DNA from: Pseudoxanthomonas suwonensis
Lineage (GTDB): Bacteria; Pseudomonadota; Gammaproteobacteria; Xanthomonadales; Xanthomonadaceae
Length of the DNA: 64,000 nucleotides
Assembly (NCBI GenBank): GCA_003240695.1
Contig: QFNC01000009.1
Coordinates: forward strand, 31,471-95,470
Direction: 5' to 3'
Shown here: piece by piece, positions 20,821 to 29,681 of the stretch
Position numbering within the stretch: the first letter of the stretch is position 1
Layout of the letters: the number at the start of each line of letters is the position of its first letter
The notes under the pieces: generated by a model
Databases searched by the model: none
Told to the model about the DNA's origin: nothing
What the model saw: only the letters and a program-made list of their open reading frames with translations
Made by a program: the position numbers and the translations under genes

Positions 20821-21710
20821 TCGACCACGTCCACATCGTCGAAGTCGCCCCGCGCGACGGCCTGCAGAACGTGTCGGCCACGGTTCCGGCGGCGGTGAAG
20901 GTCGAACTGATCGACCGCCTCGGTGCCTGCGGTCTTCGGACTATCGAGGCGACCAGTTTCGTCAGCCCGAAGTGGGTGCCGCAACTGGCCGATGCCGCCG
21001 AGGTGTATGCCGGCATCCGCAAGCTGCGCGACGTGCGCTATCCGGTGCTGGTCCCCAATCTGCAGGGCTATCAGCGTGCTCGTGCGGCCGGCGCGTCCGA
21101 CGTCGCCGTGTTCACCGCCGCCTCGGAAACCTTCAACCAGCGCAACACCAATGCCGGCATCGACGAATCGATCAGTCGTTTCCGGCCGGTGCTGGATGCC
21201 GCCAAGGCCGACGGCGTGTCGGTGCGCGGTTACGTGTCCACCGTGCTGGGCTGTCCTTACCAGGGCGCGGTGGCGGTCGGCGACGTGGTGCGCGTGGCGA
21301 AGGCCCTGTTCGATCTGGGTTGCAGCGACATCTCGCTGGGCGACACCATCGGCGTCGGCACCCCGCGCCAGGCAGCCGCGATGTTGCGCGCCGTGGCGAC
21401 CGAAGTGCCGATGCGAGCCTTGGCCGTGCATTTCCACGACACCTGGGGCCAGGCACTGGCCAACATCCTGGCCTGTCTGGACGAGGGCGTGCGCGCCGTG
21501 GACTGCAGCGTGGCCGGCACCGGTGGTTGCCCGTATGCGAAGGGTGCATCGGGCAATGTCGCCACCGAGGACGTGGTGTACATGCTGCATGGCATGGGCA
21601 TGGGCACCGGCGTCGATCTGTCGGCACTGGCACAGACCGGGCAATGGCTCAGCGAAACACTGGGGCGTGCCAATGGCAGTCGCACCGGTATGGCCATGGC
21701 TGCCGCATGA
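20817..21710 (+). CDS. liuE: Hydroxymethylglutaryl-CoA lyase
   Basis: HMGL-like TIM-barrel motifs (VEVAPRDGLQN, HFHDTWGQALAN). Overlaps the liuD stop. Confidence 0.9.
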   Translation: MIDHVHIVEVAPRDGLQNVSATVPAAVKVELIDRLGACGLRTIEATSFVSPKWVPQLADAAEVYAGIRKLRDVRYPVLVPNLQGYQRARAAGASDVAVFTAASETFNQRNTNAGIDESISRFRPVLDAAKADGVSVRGYVSTVLGCPYQGAVAVGDVVRVAKALFDLGCSDISLGDTIGVGTPRQAAAMLRAVATEVPMRALAVHFHDTWGQALANILACLDEGVRAVDCSVAGTGGCPYAKGASGNVATEDVVYMLHGMGMGTGVDLSALAQTGQWLSETLGRANGSRTGMAMAAA

Positions 21711-24280
21711 GCAAGGCGCCGATCGATGCGGCTGCGGCGCGCCGGCAATTGCTGCTGTCGCTGCGCCAAGGCGCACGCGATCCGTCCCTGCCCGGCGCCC
21801 TCCGCCAGCAGCTGCGCGCAGCTGCCCGCCAGTTGCGCCGCGAACGTCTGGCCGTGCGGGACGAACGGCGGCGCTATGCCGCCCTGTTCCATGCGGTGCC
21901 TGACCCGATCAGCATCATCGCTGCCGATGGCACGCTGCTGGACGTGAATGCCGCCACCATGCAGGCCTACCAGCGTCCGCGCAGCGAACTGGTGGGACAG
22001 CATCTGCACGTGCTCAACCCTGACCTTCCGCGCGACCACATGCGTCCGGTACTCGATCGTCTCCGCCAGGGCGGCAGCCACGTGGTTGAAACCACCAACC
22101 TGCGTGCCGACGGCAACCGGTTTCCGGTCGAAGTGCATTCCGCATGGCTCGATTGGCATGGGCAGCGGGCGGTGATTGCCGTGGCCCGCGACCTGAGCAT
22201 GCGACAGCAGGCCGACCTGCGCTTCCGGCAGGTGTTCGAAGCCATCGACAAGGGCATGGTGGCACGGGGAATCGACGGGTCCGCCTCGTACGCCAACGCG
22301 GCTGCCTTGCGTATCCTCGGCGCGCCCGCAGACCAGGATCTGACTGCGTATCTCTCCCAGTCCGACTGGAGTTTTCTGGACGAACGCGGCAAGCCCATCG
22401 CCGAGGAGAATTCGCCGCCCGTGCGCGCCCTGCGCACCGGCCAGATCATTCCGAGCACCGTGTACGGCCTGGTCCATCGTCCCAGCAAGCGTCTGCGGTG
22501 GCTGTCGACCACCACGGTGCCAGTCTTCACTCCGGGCAGCCACAAGCCGCACCAGGTGATCTGGATGTTCAGCGACGTGACCGCGCTGAAGCGCGACAGC
22601 GCGCTGTTCGACCGTGCCCAGGCGCTGGCCCACATCGGCGGCTGGGAATGGGAGCCGGGCAGCGATGCGCTGTATCTGACCGAGGAATCGGGCCGCATCC
22701 TCGGCCAGCCGCAGCGACCGGCCAGCATGCAGGCGTTCCTGGCGTGCCTGCGCAAACCCGATGCGGAGCGCCTGCACGAGGCGTTGCAGGTGGCCGCCAG
22801 CCATGGCGTGGGCATTGATCTGGAACTGCAGGGCCTGCGCGGCGATGGCCGATCGTTCTGGATCCGCATCCTCGGCCAGCCCGACGCGACCGACGCCGGC
22901 ATGCACCGCATCGCCGGCACCCTGCAGGACATCCTCGAAGGCAAGCAGGCCGAACAGACCCTGCGCATCCAGGCCCGCACCGATCCGCTGACCGGGTTGC
23001 TGAACCGCGATGCCATCCTGCGCGAACTGCACGTGCGCCTGCAGGACAGTGCCAGCTGCCGGCTGGCGGTGCTGTACATCGATCTGGACCGGTTCAAGAC
23101 CGTCAACGACGTGCTCGGCCACGGGGCCGGCGACACCTTGCTGTACAGCGCGGCGCAGCGCATCGTCGATGCCGTGGGCAACGAGGGACTGGTGGCGCGG
23201 CTGGGCGGCGACGAATTCTTGGTGGTCTGCAACCACGGCGACGATGCCGCCCGCCCGGAACGTCTGGCCGACGCGGTGCTGAACGGCTTCCGCGACAGCT
23301 TCCGTTTCGGCAGGGAGGAGTTTCCGGTCACCGCCAGCATCGGCATCGCCAGGGCACCCGAGCACGCCATGCAGGCGCAAACGCTGATCCAGAATGCCGA
23401 TGCCGCGATGTACGCCAGCAAGCGCCGCATGCGCAATGGCTGGATGGTCTACCAGCCTGACATGGCCCATGACCAGCACCAGTCGCTGCAGATGGAAACG
23501 CATCTGCGGCACGCCGTGGAAAACGACGAATTCCATCTGGTGTACCAGCCGCAGGTCGATCTGCGCAGCGGCCGCACCAACGGTGCCGAGGCGCTGATCC
23601 GCTGGCGCAATCGCAAGCTGGGCGAGATGCGCCCCGACCACTTCATCGCCCTCGCCGAAAGCAACGGTGACATCGTGCACATCGGCAACTGGGTGCTGCG
23701 CGCCGCCTGCAGGCAGATCGCTGCCTGGCGCGCAGCCGGTCTGGGCCAGGTGCGGATTGCGGTCAACGTGTCGTATCGTCAGTTCCTGGCGGCCGATTTG
23801 CCGGCCATCGTGCAGGAGCTGCTGCACCAGTTCGATCTGCCAGGCGAAGCACTGGAACTCGAATTCACCGAACGCACGCTGATCGAGGATGCACCGGAAA
23901 CCCTGCAGGCGTTCAAGCGGTTGCGGGCGATGGGCATCGCGCTGGCCATCGACGATTTCGGCGAAGGCTACAGTGCCCTGAACTATTTGCGCCGACTGCC
24001 GATCCAGGGGCTGAAACTGAGCAGCCTGTTCGTGCAGGGCATCCCGGCGAACCGGTCGGACATGGCGGTGTGCAAGGCTGTGGCCAGCATCGCGGACAGC
24101 CTGGAATTGGATCTGGTTGCCGAAGGCATCGAAACCGAGGAGCAGCGGCAGCATCTTCTGGATCTCGGTGTTCGCAAGGGTCAGGGCTTCCTGTTCTCGC
24201 CAGGTTTGCTGGCCGACGACTTCGCGCAGCGCCTGCTGGACGAGGCCGTTGCCGTCGCGGCACAGGCGCAGGCCGGCTGA
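21707..24280 (+). CDS. Cytoplasmic PAS-PAS-GGDEF-EAL c-di-GMP turnover protein
   Basis: 857 aa. Two or three PAS/PAC regions are followed by a GGDEF domain with intact RLGGDEF and an EAL domain with intact EALIRW, DDFGEGYS and EGIETEE. ATG at 21707 overlaps the liuE stop (ATGA). The upstream part of track ORF 20738-24280 is the same frame read through liuE. Confidence 0.9.
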   Translation: MSKAPIDAAAARRQLLLSLRQGARDPSLPGALRQQLRAAARQLRRERLAVRDERRRYAALFHAVPDPISIIAADGTLLDVNAATMQAYQRPRSELVGQHLHVLNPDLPRDHMRPVLDRLRQGGSHVVETTNLRADGNRFPVEVHSAWLDWHGQRAVIAVARDLSMRQQADLRFRQVFEAIDKGMVARGIDGSASYANAAALRILGAPADQDLTAYLSQSDWSFLDERGKPIAEENSPPVRALRTGQIIPSTVYGLVHRPSKRLRWLSTTTVPVFTPGSHKPHQVIWMFSDVTALKRDSALFDRAQALAHIGGWEWEPGSDALYLTEESGRILGQPQRPASMQAFLACLRKPDAERLHEALQVAASHGVGIDLELQGLRGDGRSFWIRILGQPDATDAGMHRIAGTLQDILEGKQAEQTLRIQARTDPLTGLLNRDAILRELHVRLQDSASCRLAVLYIDLDRFKTVNDVLGHGAGDTLLYSAAQRIVDAVGNEGLVARLGGDEFLVVCNHGDDAARPERLADAVLNGFRDSFRFGREEFPVTASIGIARAPEHAMQAQTLIQNADAAMYASKRRMRNGWMVYQPDMAHDQHQSLQMETHLRHAVENDEFHLVYQPQVDLRSGRTNGAEALIRWRNRKLGEMRPDHFIALAESNGDIVHIGNWVLRAACRQIAAWRAAGLGQVRIAVNVSYRQFLAADLPAIVQELLHQFDLPGEALELEFTERTLIEDAPETLQAFKRLRAMGIALAIDDFGEGYSALNYLRRLPIQGLKLSSLFVQGIPANRSDMAVCKAVASIADSLELDLVAEGIETEEQRQHLLDLGVRKGQGFLFSPGLLADDFAQRLLDEAVAVAAQAQAG

Positions 24281-24777
24281 TGGCCGATCCGGCGACGCCA
24301 TGGCGGATCCGCCCCATCCGCAGCGACGACGATGCCGCCATCGCCGCGATCATTCGCACGGTGATGCCCGAATTCGGTGCCGGTGGCTGCGGATTCGCCA
24401 TACACGATGCCGAAGTGGACGGCATGGCTGCCGCCTATGCGCAGCCGCGCCATGCCTACTTCGTCCTGGAACGCGACAGCCGCGTGCTGGGTGGCGGCGG
24501 CATCGCACCGCTGGCGGGCGGCGATGCGGACATTTGCGAGCTGCGCAAGATGTACTTCCTGCCCGAGGCGCGCGGACTGGGTGCCGGCAGCGCGATGATG
24601 CAGCACTGCCTGCAGGCGGCGCGCGCAACCGGCTTCGTCCGCTGTTACCTGGAAACGCTGAGCGGCATGGATGCGGCGATGCGCCTGTACGAACGCAGCG
24701 GCTTCCTGCGCATCGATGGTCCGATGGGTGCGACCGGGCACGGTGGCTGCAACACCTTCTACCTGCGCGCGCTGTAG
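24280..24777 (+). CDS. GNAT-family N-acetyltransferase
   Basis: 165 aa with acetyl-CoA motif (ARGLGAGSAMMQHCLQAA). ATG overlaps the upstream stop (TGATGG). Confidence 0.8.
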   Translation: MADPATPWRIRPIRSDDDAAIAAIIRTVMPEFGAGGCGFAIHDAEVDGMAAAYAQPRHAYFVLERDSRVLGGGGIAPLAGGDADICELRKMYFLPEARGLGAGSAMMQHCLQAARATGFVRCYLETLSGMDAAMRLYERSGFLRIDGPMGATGHGGCNTFYLRAL

Positions 24778-24829
24778 CGCTGGACAGCACAGCCGTACGC
24801 TAGAATCCCGCTTTTCCGCGGAGAATTCC

Positions 24830-25600
24830 ATGCAACTGCGCGATGTGCGAGCGGTGATCACCGGTGGCGTGTCCGGACTGGGCCTGGCAGTGGCCCGGCA
24901 TCTGGTGGCCCATGGCGGCCGGGTGGCGCTGTTCGACATCAATGCCGACAAGGGCGCCGCGGCGGTAGCCGAACTGGGCGAGGCGCATGCGCACTTCTTC
25001 GCCACCGATGTCACCAGCGAGGCCGACGTGGCCGCCAACGCCCAGGCCGCCCGCGACGTGATGGGCAGCATAACCGTGTGCGTGAACTGCGCCGGCATCC
25101 TCGGCGCCGGACGCGTGCTGGGCAAGACCGGCCCGATGGCGCTGATGCAGTTCCAGACCACGGTGCTGGTGAATCTGGTCGGCAGTTTCAACGTGGCCAA
25201 GGCCTGTGCCGATGCGATGCAACACAATCCGCCCGGCATCGATGGCGAGCGCGGCGTGATCGTCAACACCGCCTCGATCGCCGGTTACGAAGGCCAGATC
25301 GGACAGGCCGCCTATTCCGCCAGCAAGGCCGGCATCATCGGCATGACCCTGCCGATGGCCCGGGAACTGGCCCGCTTCGGCATCCGCGTCAACACCATCG
25401 CGCCGGGCATCTTCCTGACCCCGATGGCCGAAGGCATGCCCGAGGACGTGCAGGCGGCGCTGGCGGCATCGATTCCTTTCCCGTCGCGGCTGGGTGACCC
25501 GGCGCAGTTCGCCGACCTGGTCGGCTACATCGCGCAGAACACCTACATCAACGGCGAAACCATCCGCCTGGACGGTGCCACGCGCCTGTCGCCGAAGTAA
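24830..25600 (+). CDS. Short-chain dehydrogenase, 3-hydroxyacyl-CoA dehydrogenase type-2 (HSD17B10/FadB2x-like)
   Basis: TGGVSGLG Rossmann motif and catalytic YSASK. High similarity to 3-hydroxy-2-methylbutyryl-CoA dehydrogenases. Confidence 0.85.
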   Translation: MQLRDVRAVITGGVSGLGLAVARHLVAHGGRVALFDINADKGAAAVAELGEAHAHFFATDVTSEADVAANAQAARDVMGSITVCVNCAGILGAGRVLGKTGPMALMQFQTTVLVNLVGSFNVAKACADAMQHNPPGIDGERGVIVNTASIAGYEGQIGQAAYSASKAGIIGMTLPMARELARFGIRVNTIAPGIFLTPMAEGMPEDVQAALAASIPFPSRLGDPAQFADLVGYIAQNTYINGETIRLDGATRLSPK

Positions 25601-25633
25601 CCCGACACTCCATTCCCGCATCCGGATTCCGCA

Positions 25634-26200
25634 ATGAAGGCTTACGATATCAAGAAAGGCAACGTGGTCGAACACGCCGCCGGCGTGTACCAGATCCGCG
25701 ACATCGAGCGCAGTTCGCCGCAAGGCCGCGGCGGCAACGTCCGTTACCGCTTCACCATGTACTCGGTGCCCGGCGGCAACAAGCTGGATGCCAGTTTCGA
25801 CGGCGACGACGACCTGAAGGAAGTCGACATGGCCCGCCGTCAGGCCAGTTTTTCATACAAGGACGGCGAGGCCTTCGTGTTCATGGACGACGAGGATTTC
25901 ACCCCCTACACGCTCGATGCTGACACCATCGGCGATGCGGCCGGCTACATCACCGACGGCTTGGGCGGCTGCTATGTGCAGCTGATCGACGACGCCCCGG
26001 TGGCCCTGCAGCTGCCGCAGTCGGTGGTGCTGGAAATCGTCGACACCCCACCGGAGCTGAAGGGCGGCACCGCCACCAAGCGCCCGAAGCCGGCGCGGCT
26101 GAATACCGGCATCGAAATCCAGGTGCCGGAATACATCGCCAACGGCGAACGGGTATGGGTGAACACCACCACCGGCGAGTTCGGCGGGCGCGCGGATTGA
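25634..26200 (+). CDS. efpL: Elongation factor P-like protein EfpL (YeiP)
   Basis: 188 aa. Strong similarity to E. coli YeiP across the whole length, including the C-terminal [11 protein letters not shown]...GRAD. Confidence 0.9.
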   Translation: MKAYDIKKGNVVEHAAGVYQIRDIERSSPQGRGGNVRYRFTMYSVPGGNKLDASFDGDDDLKEVDMARRQASFSYKDGEAFVFMDDEDFTPYTLDADTIGDAAGYITDGLGGCYVQLIDDAPVALQLPQSVVLEIVDTPPELKGGTATKRPKPARLNTGIEIQVPEYIANGERVWVNTTTGEFGGRAD

Positions 26201-26249
26201 GTCGAATCGGCGGGTCCGGGGGCGATGAATCTCATCGGCCGATCCGGAT

Positions 26250-27635
26250 TCAATCGAACAGCTTGCCTGGATTCATCACGCCGTTCGGATCGAAGACCCC
26301 CTTCACCTCACGCATCAACGCGATTTCCGCAGCGCTGCGGGTGCCCTGCAGGTAAGGCTTCTTCACCAAGCCGATGCCGTGCTCGGCGGAAATGCTGCCG
26401 CCGTGGCGCTGCAGGGCCTCGCTGAGCAGTTCGGTCACGCGTTCGCAGTCGCGCACGAAATCGGCCTGCGGCAGTTCCGCCGGTTTCAGCACGTTGATGT
26501 GCAGGTTGCCGTCGCCGATGTGGCCGAACCACACCACCTCGAACTGCGGGTATTCGCGCGCAAGCAGTGCCTGCGCGTCCTCCAGCAGCGCCGGCATCGC
26601 CGACAGGCGAACCGACACGTCGTTCTTGTATGGCAGGTGCGGCGCCAATGCTTCGGTGATGCCTTCGCGCAGCCGCCACAGCTGCGCCGCCTGCGCATCG
26701 CTCTGGCTGATCGCGCCATCCAGCACGAGACCCTGCTCCACGCAGGCTTCGAATGCCGACAACGCGGCGGCTTCGTCGCTATCCACAGCTGCGTCAAAAT
26801 CGGCAATCGCGTAGAAGGGATAGTCCTCGGCGAACGGCGCCTGCCCGCCATGCGCCAGCACGTGCCGCAGCGCGCGGTCGGTGAAGAATTCGAAGGCCTG
26901 CAGCGACAGCCGCGTGCGCAACTGCGCGAACACCTGCAAGACCGAGACGAAATCCGGCAAGGCCAGCAGCAGCGTGCGTGCCGGCGGTGCCGGATCGGTC
27001 AGGCGCACGCTAGCCGCGACCACGATACCCAGTGTCCCTTCGGAGGCGATGGCCAGATGGCGGAAGTCGTAGCCGCTGGAGTTCTTGATCAAACCCCGAT
27101 TCAATTCCAGCACCTCGCCGGAACCGGTGACCAGGGTCAGTCCGGCGATCCATTCGCGGGTGTTTCCGTAGCGCAGCACGCGGATGCCGCCGGCGTTGGT
27201 GGCGATGTTGCCGCCGAGGGTGCAGGACCCGCGCGAGGCGAAATCGACCGGGTACTGCAGGCCATGTTCGCGCGCCGCCTGCTGCAACGCTTCCAGGGTG
27301 ATGCCGGCCTGCACGGTCAGGGTGCGATCGACGGGATCAAACTCCAGCACGCGGTTCAGTTTCTGCAGACTCACGACCAGTTCGCCATTCGCAGCCACGG
27401 CACCGCCGGACAATCCGGTACGTCCACCGGACGGCACCAAGCCGACATGGTGTTCATTGGCCCAATGCACGATGCCGACCACCTCCTCCACGCTGGCCGG
27501 AAAGGCCACTGCCAGCGGTGCCGGCGCCCAGCGACGGGTCCAGTCGCGCCCGTGGAATTCGAGATCGCCCGGATCCGTCGACACCCGCAGCGATGGCAGG
27601 CGATGGCGCAGGTCGTCCAGGCGGGGATCGGTCAT
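26250..27635 (-). CDS. FAD-linked oxidase (GlcD/D-lactate dehydrogenase family); probable D-2-hydroxyglutarate dehydrogenase
   Basis: N-terminal FAD-binding PCMH domain (VVGIVHWANEHHVGLVPSGGRTGLSGGAV) and a C-terminal FAD-oxidase_C domain. Start MTDPRLD at 27635. The 917-aa track ORF is this gene fused to the antisense of serA. Divergent from serA. Confidence 0.85.
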   Translation of the reverse strand: MTDPRLDDLRHRLPSLRVSTDPGDLEFHGRDWTRRWAPAPLAVAFPASVEEVVGIVHWANEHHVGLVPSGGRTGLSGGAVAANGELVVSLQKLNRVLEFDPVDRTLTVQAGITLEALQQAAREHGLQYPVDFASRGSCTLGGNIATNAGGIRVLRYGNTREWIAGLTLVTGSGEVLELNRGLIKNSSGYDFRHLAIASEGTLGIVVAASVRLTDPAPPARTLLLALPDFVSVLQVFAQLRTRLSLQAFEFFTDRALRHVLAHGGQAPFAEDYPFYAIADFDAAVDSDEAAALSAFEACVEQGLVLDGAISQSDAQAAQLWRLREGITEALAPHLPYKNDVSVRLSAMPALLEDAQALLAREYPQFEVVWFGHIGDGNLHINVLKPAELPQADFVRDCERVTELLSEALQRHGGSISAEHGIGLVKKPYLQGTRSAAEIALMREVKGVFDPNGVMNPGKLFD

Positions 27636-27737
27636 CGGGATGTCGGCGTGCGGGGGCGAGCCACAGCCTACCCCACCCTGCCACCGCGCACACCGGCGAG
27701 AGGGCACAATGCATGTCCCCGCGTTCCGGAGCCGGCA

Positions 27738-28976
27738 TTGGCCCCCGTCACCTCGTTCCCCAAATCCGACATCCGCGTGCTGCTGCTGGAAGGCATCAGC
27801 ACCAGCGCGGTCGATGCCTTCCGCGCCACCGGTTACAGCCAGATCCGCACCTTCGACAAGTCGCCGCCGCCGGAGCAGCTGCGCCAGGAACTGGCCGAGG
27901 CGCATCTGCTCGGCATCCGCTCGCGCACGCAATTGACCGCCGAGCTGCTGGACGAGGCCCGCAAGCTGATCGCGGTGGGCTGCTTCTGCATCGGCACCAA
28001 CCAGGTCGATCTGGAAGCGGCACGGCTGCGCGGCGTGCCTGTGTTCAATGCACCGTATTCCAACACCCGCAGCGTGGCCGAACTGGTCATCGCCGAGGCC
28101 GTCCTGCTGATGCGCGGCATCCCGGCGAAATCGATGCAATGCCATCGCGGTGGCTGGTCGAAGTCGGCTGCCGGCAGCCACGAGGTGCGCGGCAAGACCA
28201 TCGGCATCGTCGGCTACGGCCACATCGGCACCCAGGTCGGCGTGCTGGCCGAAGCCTTGGGCATGCAGGTGTTGTTCCACGACGTGGAAACCAAGCTGTC
28301 GCTGGGCAACGCGCGATCCGCGGCCGACCTGGGCGAGCTGCTGGCCCGCAGCGACATCGTGACCCTGCACGTGCCGGAAACCCCGGCCACGCGGATGATG
28401 ATCGGCGCGGCGCAGTTCGCGGCGATGAAACCCGGGGTGCAGTTCATCAATGCCTCGCGCGGCACCGTGGTCGACATCGATGCGCTCACGGCCGCGCTGC
28501 AGTCTGGACACGTGGCGGGCGCGGCCGTCGACGTGTTCCCGGTGGAGCCGCAGGGCAATGCCGATGCGTTCGTCTCGCCGTTGTGCGGCATGGACAACGT
28601 GATCCTGACCCCGCACGTCGGCGGCAGCACGCTGGAAGCGCAGGACAACATCGGCCTGGAAGTGGCCACCAAGCTGATCCGCTATTCGGACAACGGCAGC
28701 ACCCTGTCGGCGGTCAATTTCCCCGAGGTCACCCTGCCCGAGCACCGCGGCAGCCACCGCTTCCTGCACATCCACCGCAACGTGCCCGGCGTGCTGTCGC
28801 GGATCAACGACATCTTTTCCAGCGCCGGCATCAACATCGACGGCCAGTACCTGCGCACCGACGCGCAGGTCGGTTACGTGGTGATCGATGCCGCTTCCGA
28901 CCACGCCCAGGCCACCCGGCTGCGGGAGCGGCTGGCGGCGATCGAGGGAACCCTGCGCACGCGGGTGCTGTACTGA
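27738..28976 (+). CDS. serA: D-3-phosphoglycerate dehydrogenase SerA (with C-terminal ACT domain), TTG start
   Basis: Aligns end-to-end with E. coli SerA (MAPVTSFPKSDIRVLLLEGIS vs MAKVSLEKDKIKFLLVEGVHQ) and has a C-terminal ACT domain. No in-frame ATG exists; the TTG at 27738 fits the alignment. Confidence 0.9.
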   Translation: MAPVTSFPKSDIRVLLLEGISTSAVDAFRATGYSQIRTFDKSPPPEQLRQELAEAHLLGIRSRTQLTAELLDEARKLIAVGCFCIGTNQVDLEAARLRGVPVFNAPYSNTRSVAELVIAEAVLLMRGIPAKSMQCHRGGWSKSAAGSHEVRGKTIGIVGYGHIGTQVGVLAEALGMQVLFHDVETKLSLGNARSAADLGELLARSDIVTLHVPETPATRMMIGAAQFAAMKPGVQFINASRGTVVDIDALTAALQSGHVAGAAVDVFPVEPQGNADAFVSPLCGMDNVILTPHVGGSTLEAQDNIGLEVATKLIRYSDNGSTLSAVNFPEVTLPEHRGSHRFLHIHRNVPGVLSRINDIFSSAGINIDGQYLRTDAQVGYVVIDAASDHAQATRLRERLAAIEGTLRTRVLY

Positions 28977-29008
28977 CCGCCCCGGTTTCCGACGAACGGC
29001 CACTCCAT

Positions 29009-29044
29009 CCTTTCATGTAAGCGTTAGCATGCTTACATGAAAGG
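29009..29044. promoter_or_regulatory. Perfect 14-bp inverted repeat (CCTTTCATGTAAGC-N8-GCTTACATGAAAGG) enclosing the start codon of the first gene of the psp/flotillin cluster
   Basis: Read directly from the sequence. The right arm contains the ATG at 29037-29039. There is no flanking T-run, so it is not a canonical terminator. Confidence 0.6.
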
Positions 29045-29681
29045 CGATCACCCACTCAGCCCCTCCACCCTGCACCAGCGCGCCTACCGCGAACGCATGC
29101 GCGAGGCCGGCCTGGTGAAGAAGGATGTGTGGATCCTGCCCGAATACGCCGAGGAGCTGGCCGGCATCGAAAAGGCGATGCGAGAATCCGGGCATGCGCT
29201 GTCCGTCTCGCATGCCCACACCGGTCCGCAGACGGCCTGGACCCTGGCCGCCATCGCCGACGCCATTGCCGCCACCGGCGCGGCGCGCAGCGGCTCGATC
29301 ACGCCGGAATGGATCGAAGGGGCCGATCCCAGCCTGCGGCTGCAGATGCACGACCACGGCGATCTGTCGGTGTTCGTGGCGGTCGGCCACCAGCAGATCG
29401 TGGTCGAGGCCTACCTGTGGCCAGTCAGCCATGTGGCCGACCCGGCCGCGTTCGATGCGCACGTGCTGACCACCCACAAGCTGTTGCCGCTGTCCACGGT
29501 CGGCATCGAGAACATCGGTGGCGTGCCCGGCTACACCATGTTCGGTTCGCTGGATGCGCAGTCCAGCCTGGCCAGCGTGCTGTTCGAGGTCCAAACCCTG
29601 GCCGACAACGTGCTGGATGCCAGCGAAGCCTGGCTGGACTACCTGAAACCCGAACATCGCCTCGCGGAGACAGCGGCATGA
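29037..29681 (+). CDS. Hypothetical protein, possibly YjfI/DUF2170-like (PspA-associated), with ~55-aa charged N-terminal extension
   Basis: 214 aa. The C-terminal 150 aa loosely resemble the YjfI family that precedes yjfJ (a PspA homologue) in enterobacteria. The assignment is tentative and rests partly on context, since a PspA-like gene follows and is translationally coupled. Confidence 0.5.
   Translation: MKGDHPLSPSTLHQRAYRERMREAGLVKKDVWILPEYAEELAGIEKAMRESGHALSVSHAHTGPQTAWTLAAIADAIAATGAARSGSITPEWIEGADPSLRLQMHDHGDLSVFVAVGHQQIVVEAYLWPVSHVADPAAFDAHVLTTHKLLPLSTVGIENIGGVPGYTMFGSLDAQSSLASVLFEVQTLADNVLDASEAWLDYLKPEHRLAETAA

Noticed and set aside
20738-21706. N-terminal 323 codons of the 1180-aa ORF containing the GGDEF-EAL gene
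   Set aside because: Same frame read through liuE on the +1 offset. Low-complexity R/G-rich. The genuine start is the ATG at 21707, which overlaps the liuE stop.
21257-24301. 1014-aa minus ORF antisense to the GGDEF-EAL gene
   Set aside because: No domains and a composition artefact. The sense strand has complete PAS/GGDEF/EAL motifs.
26250-29003. 917-aa minus and 865-aa plus chimeric ORFs spanning the FAD oxidase and serA
   Set aside because: Each is one real gene fused to the antisense read-through of the other. They were split at homology-supported starts (27635 minus; TTG 27738 plus).
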